DNA of 64,000 nucleotides from Pirellulales bacterium (GTDB lineage Bacteria; Planctomycetota; Planctomycetia; Pirellulales; UBA1268): NCBI GenBank assembly GCA_018401745.1, contig JAGYJY010000026.1, positions 6,927 to 70,926 of the forward strand, read 5' to 3'. Shown piece by piece: positions 61,615 to 64,000 of this stretch (position 1 is its first letter; each line of letters starts with the position of its first letter). The notes under the pieces were generated by a model. It saw only the letters and a program-made list of their open reading frames with translations, ran no database searches and was not told where the DNA came from. The position numbers and the translations under genes were made by a program.

Positions 61615-64000
61615 GGCTGCGTAGACTCCTGGGCACGGGCGGAAACGATCAGCGGCACCTGCCGCTCAAACGCGACCTCCCTGTCGAAAAAGCTCACTTT
61701 CCCTTTGAGCGTGACGGTGTGATTTCCCGGCGGCGTGGCGTCGGTGGTCGTCACCGACACAACTCCCTCGCTCGCCTCGGGGGCAACCGTGGCAGCGGTC
61801 AGCGCGAGGCCCTCAAGCGGCGAGGCCGAAACCGCTTCAATGGTGACCGGGCCGGTAAAGCCATACTTCCGCTCCACCGCAATCTTCAGGTCTGCCGCCC
61901 GGCCCGCCTCGACGGCAACACCAGCCGGATCGGTCGCCATGGCGACCGGGCGCATCCGCAACGCACGACGGTGATGGGCGGCATCAGCACAGGCACGTCG
62001 ATGTCCTGGGCGGCCGCCGCCGCCGCCGTGTCGGTGGCCACCTTCTCCCGCCGGGCCCGCTCGTCTACCGCTGCCTGCAGCGAGGCCTCGGCCTGAGCCA
62101 CCGTCTGCTGGGCGGCATCCCGCGTCGCCAGCATCTCCACAGGTGGCTCTCCGCCACCTGCTGCCGCGTCAGCGACGGCTTTCTCCGCAGCGGCGAGGGC
62201 AGCTTTGTGCGTCTCCACGGCTGCGGCCCGAGCTGTGGCTGTCGCAGCCACCCGCTCCAGGTCGGCCTTCGCCCGTTCTGCGGCCTCTGGATTCCTCGCG
62301 AACGCATACTTCGCCACACCCTGCATGGCGACGGTGTAGACACCCGGAGCCACGCCCGGCTCGATGTCGACCGACACCTCACCCGTCGCCGCTGGCGGAG
62401 CCGTTTCCCCTTCAGCGAGCTGCGGCTCTTCAAACTTCACTTCCGGCACCTTGAGGGCGTCGGGGAGTTTCATCTCAGCCGGATAGCCCAGGGGCGTGAG
62501 CGAGAGCGGCCCTTTGACACCCGGGCGACGAATCACGTCGAAGGGGATGGTGAGCCGGCCCCCGCGGGCCATTTCCAGCGTGGTCGCCTCTTTCGGCCGC
62601 AGCGTGACCGGTGCGGCATCCGCCGTCACCGCCACCCGCACCGTTTCTGTGCACCGCACCAGGTCGGGCTCGTTGGCATTGCTCTTCTTCCAACGAAGCG
62701 TGGCAGCCCTGGCTGACCGGGCGAGCTCCGCGTCGCCCACCACGGCTCGGCCGACAAAGCGAACCTCCTGCTCGATCGGAGTCGCATCGTCGGCAGCCTG
62801 CAGCACGATCACGCCACGACGCAACCGCCCGGGAATCACCACCGGCACGGCCGTCACGCCGCTGGGCAGCTGCTCCGCCGTCACGGTCACATCACCTGCA
62901 AACCCTTCATGCCTCAGCAGCAGGATGTCGATGGCGACCGTGCCACCCGCGGCCAGCGACGTGTTGCCGACATGAAAAGTGTTGGCATCTCCACGGTCGG
63001 GCCTGGCGATCATGGCCACGAGATCGAAGTCGGGACGCGGCTGCCGGATCGCGAGCACGTAGCTCGAGGCTGGATTGGCGACGGAATCGGCAGCGAGATC
63101 CTTGACGAGCACGCGGTAGGTTCCCGCCACATCGGCCGTGAAACTGATCTGCGGGTCGAGGGAGGGGCGGTCGACGATGGCCCCCTGAAACTCCTGCGGC
63201 CCATCGTCGGCAAAGGCGACTTCGTGGGCCGTGATGCCCCCGGCATCATCAAAGGCAAGCCGCTCAAGCCTGAGGGAGGCATCGGTCGTGCTGCCAAGCC
63301 GCCGAGAAAAGAGGTCGAGCATGATCGCCTGGCCGGCGGCCGCTTCAAAGGCAAACCAGTCGCGATCTCCCCGAGGGTGGAAGCGGCCGGCGATCGCAGC
63401 GGGCCAGGGAACCAGCTGCGGCAGGTCGGCCTCGTCGTTGGGCTCCACTTCAGGCACCACATCAAGATCGACCTGCAGGACGGTCGGCGGGCTCGGCAGC
63501 TGATCAAACACACCGCCTCGCAGCGGCACGAGATCCGCAGCAGCGTCGCGTGGCGAGAGCAGCCGACCAGCGGGCACGGCCGGGTCGTCGAAACCGATCT
63601 GACTGGGATCGACCTCGATCGCCTTCTGCTCAAGCCCGCGGCCATCGTCGTCGGGCATCGGGCCCGCATCGTCGCCGAGCCCGCGGCCCATGACGGTGAT
63701 CGTGGCGGGTTCACCCACCTCTGCTGCGGCCGGGAAGACGGCAACCACCACCGGCCCCGTCGAGACTGCCAAGCGGTAGAAAAACTCACCGCCACCGCGG
63801 GCATAGCGATCATGCACCTGCACCACATGCCGGCCGGCGGCCACGGCGGTGAAATCGAGGACTGGATCGCCGTCGATCGCTTCTGCCGAAACCTCCACCA
63901 GCCGGCCATCCGGCCCGCGAACCTCGACCAGCGGATCGATCCGCGAGTCGATGCGATTGGCCCACACTTCCACATGCACCCGCTGCCCCGCCGGGCAGTC
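61611..64000 (-). CDS. Large secreted protein with pre-peptidase C-terminal (PPC)-like domains and an Ala-rich coiled coil; 5' end outside the window, one apparent frameshift
   Basis: EVEPNDEADLPQLVPWPAAIAGRFHPRGDRDWFAFEAAAGQAIMLDL matches the PPC/bacterial pre-peptidase pattern. The frame is open to base 64000. ORF 61886..63979 continues into ORF 61611..61961 after a 1-nt shift near 61962-61966. Its stop overlaps the downstream ATG (ATGA 61611-61614). Confidence 0.6.

Noticed and set aside
14758-61966. Programmed ribosomal frameshifting as the explanation for the split genes
   Set aside because: The sites lack canonical slippery heptamers with downstream structures. They occur in unrelated genes in both +1 and -1 senses, and none of these families is known to use recoding (unlike prfB or dnaX).

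Overview
High-GC (roughly 65-70% by eye) chromosomal segment. The gene content looks like Planctomycetota: two DUF1501 genes, a PSCyt1 (planctomycete cytochrome c)-WD40 giant protein translationally coupled to a PPC-domain giant protein, two Hanks-type Ser/Thr kinases, futalosine-pathway menaquinone genes, and many zinc-ribbon/membrane hypotheticals. There are about 60 genes, mostly housekeeping: aroA, hisE-hisG, miaA, glgB, topA, pyrD-trpS-acpS, HU/IHF, moaD-moaE-moaA, folE, dcd, aspS and one tRNA-Val(TAC).

Points worth a second look:
1. A composite, strongly hairpin-forming intergenic repeat element occurs twice in direct orientation (20116-20687 and 28181-28658). The 241-nt cores are about 97% identical, and the two copies bracket glgB, a PpiD-like gene and topA.
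2. An AT-richer island of about 2.7 kb sits immediately 3' of tRNA-Val. It carries an operon of a Cys-less Tpx homologue plus two unrecognisable proteins, with no integrase.
3. At least seven single-nucleotide frame disruptions, mostly at short homopolymers, interrupt otherwise intact genes (mqnC/E-type, aspS, hdeD-like, the WD40 giant gene twice, the PPC giant gene, an island gene). dcd also has no stop where one is expected. This pattern fits assembly indel errors better than pseudogenisation.
4. Two homologues lack a catalytic residue: a peptidase C26/GATase without the nucleophile Cys, and Tpx with the peroxidatic Cys replaced by Ser.
5. There are in-frame tandem repeat arrays inside a PpiD-like gene, and a mycobacterial-type zinc-free, lysine-tailed TopA.

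I saw no CRISPR array, rRNA, transposase or integrase. All functional calls come from motif recognition by eye; no database search or folding program was run. The first M in the ORF track is often a GTG/TTG codon, so many start coordinates are provisional.
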